In this document: in pieces, positions 1 to 10,285 of the stretch
Numbering within the stretch: the first letter of the stretch is position 1
How the letters are laid out: each line of letters starts with the position of its first letter
NCBI GenBank assembly: GCA_002482535.1
Contig: DLGE01000011.1
Span: 2,600 to 66,599, forward strand
Length of the DNA: 64,000 nucleotides
Source of the DNA: Peptococcaceae bacterium UBA7702
GTDB lineage: Bacteria; Bacillota; Dehalobacteriia; UBA7702
Direction of reading: 5' to 3'
Made by a program: the position numbers and the translations under genes
The notes under the pieces: model-generated
What the model was told of the DNA's origin: nothing
The model's input: the letters and a program-made list of their open reading frames with translations, nothing else
Databases searched by the model: none

Positions 1-778
1 CCAGCATGCCCCGGGCGACCATGACGCCGTCGCAGCCGGTTTGCCGCAGCATATTTCCGACGTCGGCGGCCTCGAAAATATCGCCGTTGCCGATCACCGG
101 TACGGTCAGTGCCGCCTTCACTTTGGCGATAAAATCCCAATCAGCCTTACCGTTATAATACTGTTCCCGATCTCTGCCGTGAACCGTCACTGCGGCAGCT
201 CCGGCGCTTTCCACACATTTAGCCAGTTCCAACCCTTCTTCACCGCCATCAAAGCCCCGGCGCAGTTTCACGGTGACCGGAACCTCCACGGCTTTGACCA
301 TGGCCGAGACGATCTTCCCGGCCAAGGGGATGTTTTTTAAGAGCGCCGCGCCTTCGCCGTTATTCACGACTTTCGGTACGGGACAACCCATGTTGATATC
401 AATCACCCGCGCACCTTGGGCCGCCGCCCGGCGGGCGGCTTCCGCCATCTCGTAAGGGTCGGCGCCGAAAAGCTGCACGCCGCAAAAAGCCTCTTCTCCC
501 TTGATATCCATGAGTTGGAAGGTCTTGCGGTTTTCATGAACCAACGCTTTGGCGCAGATCATCTCCGTAAAGCAAAAGGTGGCCCCCATTTCCCAGAGGA
601 TACGGCGGAAGACCTTATCGGTGATGCCAGCCATGGGTGCGGCAATCACGGGAAAAGGCTCCTTAGAGCTGCTGGAGTATAAAGCCGACGCCTGCTGCCC
701 GGGTACCACGTCCCACGGTTCTTTGACGCCTTCTGTTTTCATAGGAGAAATCCCTATCTCAAGGCTTTCCTCCGTCAT
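1..778 (-). CDS. dus: tRNA-dihydrouridine synthase (Dus family). The gene's 3' end is cut off by the window start.
   Basis: I translated the minus strand by hand. The product has the VIGNGDI motif plus VKLRRGFDGG and ARGML segments typical of Dus. The start is either the ATG at 778 or the ATG at 742. The ORF runs off the window, so it is absent from the ORF track. Confidence 0.7.
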   Translation of the reverse strand, partial: MTEESLEIGISPMKTEGVKEPWDVVPGQQASALYSSSSKEPFPVIAAPMAGITDKVFRRILWEMGATFCFTEMICAKALVHENRKTFQLMDIKGEEAFCGVQLFGADPYEMAEAARRAAAQGARVIDINMGCPVPKVVNNGEGAALLKNIPLAGKIVSAMVKAVEVPVTVKLRRGFDGGEEGLELAKCVESAGAAAVTVHGRDREQYYNGKADWDFIAKVKAALTVPVIGNGDIFEAADVGNMLRQTGCDGVMVARGML

Positions 779-788
779 TTTACTTGGT

Positions 789-1556
789 TTATTGATTTCT
801 TTCATAAAGCATCTTTAATCCGTAGAGGGTTAAAAACGGATCTACCGAAGTGATGTACTCACTTTCCCGTTCCACGAGGCGCCCGTAACCACCGGTGGCG
901 ACGACTTTGATTTCAACGTTGCCGATTTCTGCCATCATCTTCTTTAAGATTCCGTCCACCTGCCCGGCAAAACCGTAGTAGAAACCGGACTGCATGCTGT
1001 GGGCGCTGTTTTTCCCTACCACCGTAGGGGGTTTCACGTATTCTGTTTTGGAAAGCTTCGCCGCTTTGGCAAAAAGGGCCTCAATGCAGATGCCGATCCC
1101 CGGAGCGATGACGCCGCCGGCGTATTCGCCGCTTTCCGTGATGTAATCAAAGGTGGTACCGGTACCGAAATCGACGACGATCACGGGACCGCCGTAACGT
1201 TTATAGGCGGCAAAACCGTTGGCAATGCGGTCGGCGCCGATTTCCGCCGGGTTGTCCATTTTAATCTTGAGACCCGGGTCAATACGGTCATTCACGACAA
1301 GGGGCTTCATGTGCAGATACTTCCTGGCCATGAAGAACAGAACTTCCGTCAAAGAGGGTACCACGGAACCGATGACGATTCCTTCGATCTCTTCCACGGA
1401 AATCCCCGCCTGCTCCAAAAACTGCAGAAATTTAACGCCGATCTCATCTTCGGTTTTCTGCCGTTCCGAAGCGATACGCCAATGATTGCGGAGTTTATCT
1501 TTTTCATAAGCGCCAATTACCGTATGGGTATTTCCCACATCAATCGTTAAAAGCAT
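789..1556 (-). CDS. coaX: type III pantothenate kinase
   Basis: The N-terminus MLLTIDVGNTHT matches the CoaX signature. An AAGGAG RBS sits 6 nt upstream of the ATG at 1556. The ORF-track start at 1640 lies upstream of that RBS-backed ATG and has no RBS of its own. Confidence 0.85.
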   Translation of the reverse strand: MLLTIDVGNTHTVIGAYEKDKLRNHWRIASERQKTEDEIGVKFLQFLEQAGISVEEIEGIVIGSVVPSLTEVLFFMARKYLHMKPLVVNDRIDPGLKIKMDNPAEIGADRIANGFAAYKRYGGPVIVVDFGTGTTFDYITESGEYAGGVIAPGIGICIEALFAKAAKLSKTEYVKPPTVVGKNSAHSMQSGFYYGFAGQVDGILKKMMAEIGNVEIKVVATGGYGRLVERESEYITSVDPFLTLYGLKMLYERNQ

Positions 1557-2107
1557 CTTTTCTCCTTTGAGGCGCCATAGCCGACGCCGGCGCGGTAGAG
1601 ACGGTGACCGACGTAAGCCGCCAGAACGATTTTCCCGCAATCACCGGGCAGATAAGGCAGGACGCCCATGGTCAACGCCGCAGTCCAGGATAGCGCCATG
1701 GTATATTTCAGCCAAACCAGCCCCAGGCCGAAAATGGCCAAAAAACCGGGCAGCAGTGCAATGATATAGGATAAAAACCGGTTTTGCTTCATTTTGCCGA
1801 TCAGTGTGCCGCTGATCAGCGGCACAAGCAAAAAACCCCAGAGAAAACCGGCGGTGGGACCCGCCAAAACGCCGATACCGGCGGTGGCGCCGGCAAAAAC
1901 CGGCAAGCCGACGGCGCCCAAGAGGATGTATAGGCCAATAGCCGCGGTGCCCCGGGCCGGACCCAAGGCCAATGCCGTCATGTAGACCGCGGCGGTCTGT
2001 AAGGTCAGAGGAATGACGCCCAAAGGAATCACGATTTGGGAACAGATGGCCAAAAGAGCTGCAAAAACCGCGGTCAAAGTCATATCGCGTACTTTTCTTT
2101 GCGCCAT
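1547..2107 (-). CDS. bioY: biotin transporter BioY (ECF S-component)
   Basis: The polytopic hydrophobic product with LTLQTAAVYMTALALG fits the BioY family. It lies directly downstream of birA, the classic birA-bioY arrangement. I chose the internal start MAQRKVRDMTL, which gives a 186-aa product. Confidence 0.8.
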   Translation of the reverse strand: MAQRKVRDMTLTAVFAALLAICSQIVIPLGVIPLTLQTAAVYMTALALGPARGTAAIGLYILLGAVGLPVFAGATAGIGVLAGPTAGFLWGFLLVPLISGTLIGKMKQNRFLSYIIALLPGFLAIFGLGLVWLKYTMALSWTAALTMGVLPYLPGDCGKIVLAAYVGHRLYRAGVGYGASKEKRCF

Positions 2108-2114
2108 GGCTCTT

Positions 2115-2882
2115 TCAGTCCTTTTCATATACGTCACCGGAGATGATTTTCGCGCCTTTGCCGTTGCCCATATCGAGGAGCAAAAAACCTTCTTCACTGA
2201 GACCGGCCACTCTTCCCGCCACCTCACCGCCGACGGTTTTGACCATCACATTGCGATCCATGAGCAAAGAGCGTTCCTCCCATTCGGCGAAAAGCTCTTG
2301 GGCCTGACCGTCAAAGTATTGGTCATAGGCGGATTCCAGCCCCAAAAGCAGGCGGCAAAGGAGTTCTTTGCGGTCGATACTGGCACCGAGAAGTTCCTCC
2401 ATACCGGTAGCCGTTTTTTGAACATCCGGCGGCAACTTTGCCGTGGAGAGGTTAACGCCGATGCCGATGACGACATAATGCAGCTTATTTTGATCGGTCT
2501 TCATTTCCGATAAAATACCGCAGAGTTTTTTGCCTTCGGCGTAAATATCGTTGGGCCACTTGATTTCAGCCCCCAAACCGGGATAATACAGCAACCCCCG
2601 GCAAATCCCCACGGCTGTGACAACGGTCAACGCCGCGGCTTTTTCCGGCGTAAAAGCCGGACGAAGCAACAGGGAAAACCACAGTCCGTCCTCGGGGGAA
2701 AACCAAACCCGATTTCGCCGCCCTCTGGCCGCGCTTTGGCTTTGGGCCGCGACGACGGTACCCATGGGCGCGCCGCTCTCCGCCATTTCATAGCAGAGTG
2801 TATTGGTGGAGATCGCTTCTTCCTCAAAACGGTAATTCCGGCCCAACCATTTCGTTTTCAATAAATCGTCGATTCGTTCCAT
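2115..2882 (-). CDS. birA: biotin--[acetyl-CoA-carboxylase] ligase, catalytic-domain-only type without HTH
   Basis: BPL/LPL catalytic domain motifs are present, including GRRNRVWFSP and KWPNDIY. At 255 aa there is no N-terminal DNA-binding domain. Confidence 0.85.
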   Translation of the reverse strand: MERIDDLLKTKWLGRNYRFEEEAISTNTLCYEMAESGAPMGTVVAAQSQSAARGRRNRVWFSPEDGLWFSLLLRPAFTPEKAAALTVVTAVGICRGLLYYPGLGAEIKWPNDIYAEGKKLCGILSEMKTDQNKLHYVVIGIGVNLSTAKLPPDVQKTATGMEELLGASIDRKELLCRLLLGLESAYDQYFDGQAQELFAEWEERSLLMDRNVMVKTVGGEVAGRVAGLSEEGFLLLDMGNGKGAKIISGDVYEKD

Positions 2883-3332
2883 TTATACTCCTATTTTGCT
2901 CCGATAAACAAAGAATACACCGACTAACATCAAAATCATGCCGATCACCCGGTTATAGTCCAGTGGGATGCGGTCCGCACCCAACCAGCCAAAGGTATCG
3001 ATTAAAATGCCGATGGTAACCTGCCCAAAAAGAATCCCCACCACCGCAAGGCCGATGCCCAGTTGAGGTGCGGCCACGATCATGGAAATCACGGCGACGA
3101 CGCCAAGGGTACCGCCGATCAGCTGCCATTTGGGTACGGAGACGATTTCCGTAAACTGCCCCCTGCCAAAAACGAGAACCAGCACGATTAAAAGCATGGT
3201 ACCGGTGGCAAAGGACCATAAACCGCTTTCAAAAACACCCACCCGCTTACCGAGGACGGAGTTGATCGGCGACTGGACCGCCGCGGCGGCGCCGCCGATG
3301 ACGACGAACAAAAGATAGATCAATTTACTCAT
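2883..3332 (-). CDS. DMT-superfamily membrane protein, DUF606/YdcZ-like
   Basis: The product is a 4-5 TM hydrophobic protein. A GGAGG RBS precedes the ATG at 3332. It has a paralog at 12942-13379. Confidence 0.65.
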   Translation of the reverse strand: MSKLIYLLFVVIGGAAAAVQSPINSVLGKRVGVFESGLWSFATGTMLLIVLVLVFGRGQFTEIVSVPKWQLIGGTLGVVAVISMIVAAPQLGIGLAVVGILFGQVTIGILIDTFGWLGADRIPLDYNRVIGMILMLVGVFFVYRSKIGV

Positions 3333-3458
3333 AACAGCCTCCGCAAATATACTATATAAAATAGCATATTTTGATCGTTTCGGCAATATAAAATGCAAAA
3401 AACGCAAAAAGCCCAACATCGTTGCAGGGCTTTTGCGTCAATAAAAATAAATTTCCAA

Positions 3459-3893
3459 TCACTTTTCCAAAATGGACTCCAAAATCTGTGCGTGCCGCTG
3501 TTCATCCGCCATGATCCGGCGAATGATCGATTTGAATTCCTCGCAGCACAGTCTGTTCAGGATTTCCCTGTAAAACGCCGTTCCCTCATACTCGCTGACA
3601 ATGGATTTACGGATGCCCTCCGTAAAATTGCCAATTTTCACCGGCTGAGCTTCCACCCGCGGCGCCCTTTTACCGAAAAGTGTGCAATACAGAAATTGCA
3701 GCGCCTTCAAATGATTTGCCTCATCGTCGGCAATGCCAAAGAGTTTTTTAGCGTCCCTTTCCCGATCGGCCATTTTCGCCAACCGCCGGTATTTTTCCCT
3801 GTCCGTCTTTTCATCTTCCATGGCGACCTTCAACATCTCTTCGAGAACCCAATCACCCCGGGGAAAGTCATCTCCGGCCTTTCCTTTTCCCAC
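3459..3893 (-). CDS. ferritin-like (rubrerythrin-family) domain protein
   Basis: There are two ExxH motifs, DEANHLKAL and DEQRHAQIL, in a predicted 4-helix bundle. I placed the start at the GTG at 3893, which is preceded by AAAGGGAGG with 7-nt spacing. Confidence 0.5.
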   Translation of the reverse strand: MGKGKAGDDFPRGDWVLEEMLKVAMEDEKTDREKYRRLAKMADRERDAKKLFGIADDEANHLKALQFLYCTLFGKRAPRVEAQPVKIGNFTEGIRKSIVSEYEGTAFYREILNRLCCEEFKSIIRRIMADEQRHAQILESILEK

Positions 3894-4084
3894 GCGCAAG
3901 CCTCCCTTTTTTTGAAATTCTAAGAATATTTATTATTGTCATCATCATGATCGTCCATGATAAAAAGCCACCAGACCAGAAAAGCAACCATAAAAAAAAT
4001 AAGGATACCAGGAAAATCCACTGAGATCACTCTCCTTTGTGTATTTTCTTGCTATCCTATCTTATGACAGAAAAAATCGGATTG

Positions 4085-4576
4085 TTACCTTATTTTCTTT
4101 TTCGTGGGCTCCACCCGTTCTTCGCCGGCAAAAGCGCAGAACAACGCTGCGACTTTACCCATTCCAGGAATATCCCAATCGGGGGCGACGTCATGGAAAG
4201 GCGTCAGCACAAAAAGACGTTCTTTGATGCGGGGGTGAGGAAGCGTCAGGGTTTCCGTGGCCACCGTCTCCCCTTCGTAGACGAGAATATCGAGATCAAT
4301 GTTACGGGGACCGTTGACAAACAGTTTCTTCCGTCCCAGCTCCCTTTCGATGCTTTGGGTCAGCATCAGCAGTTCATGGGGATCTTTGTCCGTGGCGATC
4401 AAAACGGCGCCGTTTAAAAAATCATCCTGATCAGCATAACCCCAAGGTTCCGTGATGTAAAGAGAAGAAATACGCCTTATTTCACAGCCGCCTTGTTCCA
4501 GCAAGTCCACGGCTGCCCGAAGGTTCGCCAAAGTGTCGCCGACATTGCTGCCCAAGGCGATCACCGCCTGCTTCAT
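4085..4576 (-). CDS. folK: 2-amino-4-hydroxy-6-hydroxymethyldihydropteridine pyrophosphokinase
   Basis: The product has the HPPK family signature segments LGSNVGD and GPRNIDLDIL. The gene is last in the folP-folB-folK operon. Confidence 0.85.
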   Translation of the reverse strand: MKQAVIALGSNVGDTLANLRAAVDLLEQGGCEIRRISSLYITEPWGYADQDDFLNGAVLIATDKDPHELLMLTQSIERELGRKKLFVNGPRNIDLDILVYEGETVATETLTLPHPRIKERLFVLTPFHDVAPDWDIPGMGKVAALFCAFAGEERVEPTKKKIR

Positions 4577-4935
4577 ACCCGTTCCCTCCGCAGCTCCACC
4601 CCGGCGGGGAAGGGCCCAGCACTTCCCGGCGCTTGCGGTTTATCCACCCGCACCGTGGCGGCGCGCACCGGAGAGAAGGTATAGAGAATGCGGTTGATGA
4701 TCGTATAAGCCAGTTTTTCAATGAGATCGAACTTGTTGTTTAGGGTGATATCGGCGACCATGTCGTAAACCGCGCCGTAATTGACGGTTTTCGCCAAGTC
4801 GTCGTCTTCCGCCGCCAAAGTGAGATCCAATTCCAGGATCACGGAGATATAGAAGGTCTGCCCCTCTTTTTTCTCCTGCTCCAAACAACCGTGATAGGCA
4901 AAGAACTCCAGCTGATCAAGGTAAATCTTATCCAT
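4573..4935 (-). CDS. folB: dihydroneopterin aldolase
   Basis: A FolB-like ~120-aa product starts at MDKIYLDQLEFFAYHG. It overlaps folK by 4 nt. The ORF-track start lies further upstream than the start I chose. Confidence 0.8.
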   Translation of the reverse strand: MDKIYLDQLEFFAYHGCLEQEKKEGQTFYISVILELDLTLAAEDDDLAKTVNYGAVYDMVADITLNNKFDLIEKLAYTIINRILYTFSPVRAATVRVDKPQAPGSAGPFPAGVELRRERV

Positions 4936-4936
4936 T

Positions 4937-6142
4937 TTAATAGCCCTTTCCGGCGATGGCGTCGGCCATTTTAGCAACCTGCACCATTTCTTTGACGTCG
5001 TGGACGCGGATCATATCAGCACCCTTCACAATGGAAATGGCAGTCACCGCCGCGTCTCCCATGAGGCGCTGATCCGCCGGGGCGTCCAAGACGAGACCCA
5101 CGGATTTTTTGCGGGAAGCCGCCATCAGCAAGGGACAATTCAGCGATTTCAGCTCCGCTAATTTATTGGTGAGCAAGAGATTGTGTTCGAGATTCTTGCC
5201 AAAACCAAAACCGGGATCGACAATGATCTTATTTCTGTCACAGCCGGCTTCTACGGCAATATCGATGCTCTTTCTCAAAAACGACGTCACTTCCGCCATG
5301 AAATTATCATACACCGCCTCGTTTTTATTATGCATCAAAATAACGGGACAATCCGCTTTGGCGGCCACGGCGGCCATTTCCCCTTGGTCGTATTGGAAGC
5401 CCCAAACATCGTTGATGATTTTGGCGCCGGCCTTGAGCGCCCCTTGAACCGTCTCGGCTTTGTAGGAATCAATGGAAATCGGCACCTTCAGTTTACCTCG
5501 GAGTTTTTCAATGACCGGTAAAACACGTTCCATCTCCTCGGCGGCGGAAATCTCCATTTTGCCGGGATAAGGCCGAGTGCTCTCCCCGCCAATGTCGATG
5601 ATATCGGCGCCGTCTTCCGCCATGGCCAAAGCGTGCTCCACGGCAGCATCCACATCCATCCATTTGCCGCCATCGGAAAAAGAATCCGGTGTGCAATTTA
5701 AAATTCCCATCACCAAAGTTCTTTCACCGAAAACAAGCTCGCCGCCGTCGTAGGCAATGACCCGGTCTACCTCCTTCATGCCGTAATGAAGCAGCTCTTT
5801 GATCTCATCGGCCAACCGCGGTAAACCAAAGTCCTGCATTTTCAGTCTTCTGACCAGCACTTTAAACTGGTCCTCCCGGGCCATCATCAGCACGGCGGAG
5901 CGATTTGATTTATGAATCAGCACATCGTGGTGGGTCACCACCTCGCCGCCGAGAGAAAGCAGGGATTCCTTCAAAACCTGGACGCCGGGGTCGCGGATAT
6001 TATCTGCATAAATATTCAGATATCCCGCTTTCCCTGCCATATACCTGGCGCCGTAATCCGAAGGCTTGATAAAACGCTCGTTGAAACGGTAAATTTCCAT
6101 GGCATTGTCGAAGGATACGATCCGGACGTTAAATTTACTCAT
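4937..6142 (-). CDS. folP: dihydropteroate synthase with a ~140-aa N-terminal extension domain
   Basis: The C-terminal ~270 aa is a pterin-binding DHPS domain with GILNCTPDSFSDGG, DIGGESTRP and GFGFGK. I chose the start MSKFNV, which has a GAGGTGG RBS. Confidence 0.8.
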   Translation of the reverse strand: MSKFNVRIVSFDNAMEIYRFNERFIKPSDYGARYMAGKAGYLNIYADNIRDPGVQVLKESLLSLGGEVVTHHDVLIHKSNRSAVLMMAREDQFKVLVRRLKMQDFGLPRLADEIKELLHYGMKEVDRVIAYDGGELVFGERTLVMGILNCTPDSFSDGGKWMDVDAAVEHALAMAEDGADIIDIGGESTRPYPGKMEISAAEEMERVLPVIEKLRGKLKVPISIDSYKAETVQGALKAGAKIINDVWGFQYDQGEMAAVAAKADCPVILMHNKNEAVYDNFMAEVTSFLRKSIDIAVEAGCDRNKIIVDPGFGFGKNLEHNLLLTNKLAELKSLNCPLLMAASRKKSVGLVLDAPADQRLMGDAAVTAISIVKGADMIRVHDVKEMVQVAKMADAIAGKGY

Positions 6143-6153
6143 TATCATCCACC

Positions 6154-6702
6154 TCACACTGTGATCACCGGTTGTTTTTCCGGTGAGAATTTTTTACATT
6201 CGGCCAGCACAGGGCAGTCGTAACAGGGACGGCTTTCCTTGTCGGCACGATACAACAACAAATCAAAGCCCGCCCCGTCCTTTTTACGGTGGTGGGCAAT
6301 GGCTTTTAAAATCAACCTACTTTCCGCATCAGAAAAGCCCGCTTCAAAAAGGAGCGGGCGGGCCAAAACCGCCCCTTCCACACTATGATCCAAGGCTTCG
6401 TCTGCATATTCTTTGAAGCGCCCGATATCGTGGAGAAAGGCGGCGGCATAGATCATTTCCTTGGCCGCTTCTGGGGAAAAGGACTCCAATTCCCCGCAGG
6501 GAACCTCTCCGGTCAAATAGAGAATGTAGGCCGTGCGCGCCGTTTCCCAACAGTGATTGCGGTCATGGCGGCAAAAACGGCGCGTTTCCTCGCAACGGCT
6601 GATCTGATCCATATATTCTTTATATTGCGGGGAACGCAGAAGCCTCCCCATTTTTATCAGCTTATTCTTTTGGCTCTTTTTGTTCGTCTGATTTGTCGCC
6701 AT
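6154..6702 (-). CDS. HD-domain phosphohydrolase family protein
   Basis: An HD motif (FLHDIGR) and a downstream HH pair are present. I prefer the start MATNQ at 6702 because of a GGAGG RBS at 9-nt spacing. That start overlaps the ftsH 3' end by 41 nt. The alternative ATG at 6651 does not overlap but has no RBS. Confidence 0.55.
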   Translation of the reverse strand: MATNQTNKKSQKNKLIKMGRLLRSPQYKEYMDQISRCEETRRFCRHDRNHCWETARTAYILYLTGEVPCGELESFSPEAAKEMIYAAAFLHDIGRFKEYADEALDHSVEGAVLARPLLFEAGFSDAESRLILKAIAHHRKKDGAGFDLLLYRADKESRPCYDCPVLAECKKFSPEKQPVITV

Positions 6703-8683
6703 GATCGGAATCCTCCGCGCCGCCGGTTTCCACGGTTTCTTCGGGATTTTCGAGGACAGCGTTTTCTTTTTCCGTCTGCTCCGCAGGTTCCTTTTGGGCG
6801 TCAAAAGCTTCAAAGGATTTTTTACCGTTGGCGATGTCGATGTCCAGTTCGGCGGGAATCCCATTTCCTTCCGGTTCCGGCAATGTCCTGCCGTTCATCA
6901 CGTCGAGGAATTCATCGGCGCCCACGGTTTCTTTTTCATAGAGCAGCTTGGCAATGGCGTGGAGCCGATCCACGTGCTCCGTTAAAATTTCCGTGCAGCG
7001 TTGGTAGGCCGTATCCATCATCTTGCGGGCTTCCTTATCAATGGCCGAGGCCACTTCTTCGGAAAAACCGCGGTCATGACCGAGTTCTCTGCCGAGAAAT
7101 ACCTGCTCTTCATTGTGACCAAAGGTCAAAGCGCCGATTTCCTTGGACATGCCGTATTTCGTGATCATCTTGCGCACGATTTCCGTAGCCCGTTGCAAAT
7201 CGTTTTGTGCACCGGTGCTGACGTCTTTCAGAATCAGTTCTTCGGCGATGCGGCCACCAAGGAAAACAACGATTTCCTCTTCCATGTGGCTTTTCGTGAC
7301 AAAGTTTCTGTCTTCTTCCGGCAACATCAGGGTATAGCCGCCGGCGCGGCCCCGGGGTATGATGGAAATCTTATGGACAGGGTCGGCGGTAGGGCAATAG
7401 AAGGCCGCCACGGCGTGACCCGCTTCATGATAAGATACAAGTTTTTTCTCTGCGGGGGAAACAACCTTGCTTTTCTTTTCGGGGCCGGCGATCACCCGTT
7501 CGCTGGCATCTTCCATTTCCGGCATATTGATCTCGGTTTTGCGGCGGCGGGCGGCAAGGAGCGCCGCCTCATTGAAGAGATTCGCCAAATCCGCCCCGGA
7601 GAAACCGGGGGTGCGCCGGGCAATGACGGCGAGGTTGATATCGCTGCCCAAAGGTTTCCCTTTGGAGTGGACTCCCAAAATTTCTTCCCTGCCCTTGACG
7701 TCGGGCATACCGACGCTGATCTGCCGGTCGAAGCGGCCCGGACGCAACAGCGCCGGGTCTAAAATATCAGGACGGTTGGTGGCTGCGATGACGATGATAC
7801 CGGAATTTTCCGCGAAGCCGTCCATTTCCACGAGGAGCTGATTTAAGGTCTGCTCCCTTTCATCGTGACCGCCGCCGACACCGGCGCCGCGCTGACGGCC
7901 CACGGCATCGATTTCATCGATAAACACGATGCAGGGAGAATTTTTCTTAGCCTGTTCAAACAGGTCACGGACCCGGGAAGCGCCGACACCGACGAACATT
8001 TCCACAAAATCGGAGCCGCTGATGCTGAAAAAGGGTACGCCCGCTTCACCGGCAACGGCTTTCGCCAAAAGGGTCTTCCCGGTACCGGGATAACCGAAAA
8101 GCAACACACCTTTGGGAATCTTAGCGCCCAAGGCGTTGTATTTGCGGCCGTCCTTTAGGAAATCAACGATTTCCGCAAGTTCTTCTTCCACTTCATCGAC
8201 GCCGGCAACGTCTTTAAACGTTACCTTCTTGTCGCCGGGGGCTTGCATTCTGGCTTTGCTTTTGCCAAACTGCATGACTTTGGAACCGCCGCCCTGGCTC
8301 TGATTCATCATGAAGATGAATACGCCTAAAATAATGATCATGGGAATCAACATGATCAGCATACTCTGCCACCAGGGGTCCCCGGCTTCTTCCGTAAAAG
8401 ACACGGAAGATCCGGCGCTTTCCAAGGTGGTGATGATCTCATTTTCCGGCGGAATTGTCGCTTTATATTCGTTACCGTCTTTATCCGTAGCCTTAACGTC
8501 CCAGGCATTGTCCGCCGCGACGATGACCACTTCCTCAAAAAGACCGGAGTCTGCTTTACTCATGAACTCGGAAGAGGTCATTTCGGTAACATTCTGGCTT
8601 TCCTTCGACATGAACTGTACCGCTGTAATGACGGCCAGAACAATAAGAAGATAAACCATAATATTTTTAATGTATTTCTTCAA
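6662..8683 (-). CDS. ftsH: ATP-dependent zinc metalloprotease FtsH
   Basis: The product has an N-terminal TM, AAA+ Walker A (GPPGTGKT), Walker B/SRH, and an HEAGH zinc-binding motif. The likely start is the TTG at 8683, which has an AAGGAGG RBS. The ORF-track start at 8701 contains that RBS inside its own coding frame. Confidence 0.9.
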   Translation of the reverse strand: MKKYIKNIMVYLLIVLAVITAVQFMSKESQNVTEMTSSEFMSKADSGLFEEVVIVAADNAWDVKATDKDGNEYKATIPPENEIITTLESAGSSVSFTEEAGDPWWQSMLIMLIPMIIILGVFIFMMNQSQGGGSKVMQFGKSKARMQAPGDKKVTFKDVAGVDEVEEELAEIVDFLKDGRKYNALGAKIPKGVLLFGYPGTGKTLLAKAVAGEAGVPFFSISGSDFVEMFVGVGASRVRDLFEQAKKNSPCIVFIDEIDAVGRQRGAGVGGGHDEREQTLNQLLVEMDGFAENSGIIVIAATNRPDILDPALLRPGRFDRQISVGMPDVKGREEILGVHSKGKPLGSDINLAVIARRTPGFSGADLANLFNEAALLAARRRKTEINMPEMEDASERVIAGPEKKSKVVSPAEKKLVSYHEAGHAVAAFYCPTADPVHKISIIPRGRAGGYTLMLPEEDRNFVTKSHMEEEIVVFLGGRIAEELILKDVSTGAQNDLQRATEIVRKMITKYGMSKEIGALTFGHNEEQVFLGRELGHDRGFSEEVASAIDKEARKMMDTAYQRCTEILTEHVDRLHAIAKLLYEKETVGADEFLDVMNGRTLPEPEGNGIPAELDIDIANGKKSFEAFDAQKEPAEQTEKENAVLENPEETVETGGAEDSDHGDKSDEQKEPKE

Positions 8684-8762
8684 GGTTTCCTCCTTATGCA
8701 AACAACTCTAAATATACGAGCTTATTATAACACAAAAGACAAGGACTTAAAAGGGATATTGA

Positions 8763-10091
8763 TCAATTATTTGAATAATTCCCAAAAAAAAGCCTGATCA
8801 AAATATTCCTCTCTCCCGGCGCCGCGAAGAAGCGGCGGCCGACGACCCAAAGGACGCGTTTCCCCACGGCAAGGAGCAAGGTTTTTTCCCGTTGGCTGAT
8901 CGCTATTTTTTCATCAATAAAATAATCGCTGAGCTTCTTTGATTTGCCATCTTTTAACAGAACCCAGTCGCCTCTTTGCCGGTAACGCAAGACCGGCGGC
9001 TGCTCCCGAAAAAGCTCCGCGGGGAAAAGACCAAAAGCGTTAGAGGAGCCTTGTCCCCCTCCTTCATCAGGTCGAGTTTCCACCGTAACACCAATTTCCG
9101 CGATATCGACTTTGCCGCAAAGGGGCAGCGCCACATAGAGTCGGGGTATGCTGCGTTCCCTTGTGGTACCGAAAAGAAAGCGGTTTTCTTCCAGTCGTAC
9201 CCAAAGCTCTTTGGTCAAAGGCAATGCCTTGCCCTCTTTCAGGCCGAAGATCTTTTCGGTCAGCCCATAATCGATGGTGCTCCCGGCTTTGGCCGCCGCG
9301 GCCCGGATCACCCGCCTGGCCATGGGTTCGGCCAAACTGAGGAGGTCCTCCCGGTCAAGAATCAAATCCGCGTTTTCGGCTTGCAGAAAAAAATCGAGAT
9401 ATTCCACGGCGGCATCGTCTAACACCTTATCGTCGCCGGCGGCAATGACGGAAAAGCGGTAGATGGCGTCAACAACGTCGGGATTGATCGTTTCCATCAG
9501 CGGCAGCAATCTATGGCGCACCTTATTACGGGTATAGGCGGTATCGGCGTTGGTGGCGTCTTCGGCAAAAGCAACACCGTGTTCTTGGCAATAGGCCACC
9601 AGGTCCTCTTTGAGCACACAAAGGAAGGGCCGGCCAAGATCCCCTTCCCGCGGGGCCATCCCAGCAACGCCCTTTAGACCGCTGCCCCTGATCAGATGCA
9701 ACAGCACTGTTTCCGCCGCGTCATTTTTATGGTGGGCTGTCAAAATCAGATCCGCACCCAAGCTACGAAAAAAGCCGTACCGTTCCTCCCGGCCGGTCTC
9801 CTCAAGGCCCTGACGCCGCTCTTTGGCCAAGGCGGCGATATCGCAGCGAGAAAGGCGAAAGGGAACGCCGTGATCTGCCGCGAAAGTCCGTACCAGCTCT
9901 TCGTCGCTGGCGGCGGCCTCCCGGAGGCCATGATTGAGGTGGGCGATTTGATAGTCGTAAGCCGGGAAGCGGGACAGCATGAAATAAGCCAGCGCCATGG
10001 AATCGGCGCCGCCGGAAACGGCCAGGACAATGCGGTGGACATTGTCTAAAATATGATTTTTGGCGATAAACTCTTTTACGGTTTGTTCCAT
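8763..10091 (-). CDS. tilS: tRNA(Ile)-lysidine synthetase
   Basis: An N-terminal PP-loop SGGADS motif is present. The 442-aa product includes the C-terminal TilS substrate domain. Its position next to ftsH is syntenic. Confidence 0.85.
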   Translation of the reverse strand: MEQTVKEFIAKNHILDNVHRIVLAVSGGADSMALAYFMLSRFPAYDYQIAHLNHGLREAAASDEELVRTFAADHGVPFRLSRCDIAALAKERRQGLEETGREERYGFFRSLGADLILTAHHKNDAAETVLLHLIRGSGLKGVAGMAPREGDLGRPFLCVLKEDLVAYCQEHGVAFAEDATNADTAYTRNKVRHRLLPLMETINPDVVDAIYRFSVIAAGDDKVLDDAAVEYLDFFLQAENADLILDREDLLSLAEPMARRVIRAAAAKAGSTIDYGLTEKIFGLKEGKALPLTKELWVRLEENRFLFGTTRERSIPRLYVALPLCGKVDIAEIGVTVETRPDEGGGQGSSNAFGLFPAELFREQPPVLRYRQRGDWVLLKDGKSKKLSDYFIDEKIAISQREKTLLLAVGKRVLWVVGRRFFAAPGERNILIRLFFGNYSNN

Positions 10092-10127
10092 GATTTTATT
10101 ATATCCGAAGATCTCTTAAAAAGCAAA

Positions 10128-10172
10128 AAACGCGGAGGGAAATTCTACGGGAATTTCAAACCGCGTTTTTTG
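10128..10172. terminator. bidirectional rho-independent terminator between tilS and spoIIE
   Basis: The sequence forms an aaaacgcgg...ccgcgtttt hairpin flanked by A-runs and T-runs. Confidence 0.6.
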
Positions 10173-10285
10173 CTTCGGTTTTTCATTATTTCATTCACAC
10201 CCAAAAACACCGCGTCTACGGTTAATGGGTAACCGTCCTGTTGATTTGGCTCTCTATACAGAGCAGCCTTTGTTGAGCGCATACG

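Noticed and set aside
3931-4002. 23-aa minus-strand mini-ORF (MVAFLVWWLFIMDDHDDDNNKYS) downstream of folK
   Set aside because: There is no RBS, the upstream sequence is T-rich, and it lies in a 3' UTR or terminator region. It is most likely chance.
6154-6864. 236-aa ORF-track version of the HD-domain gene, and 283-aa and 226-aa versions of coaX and bioY
   Set aside because: The upstream extensions are Arg/Lys-rich read-through of neighbouring genes. Internal starts with proper RBSs match the known family N-termini, for example MLLTIDVGNT for CoaX.
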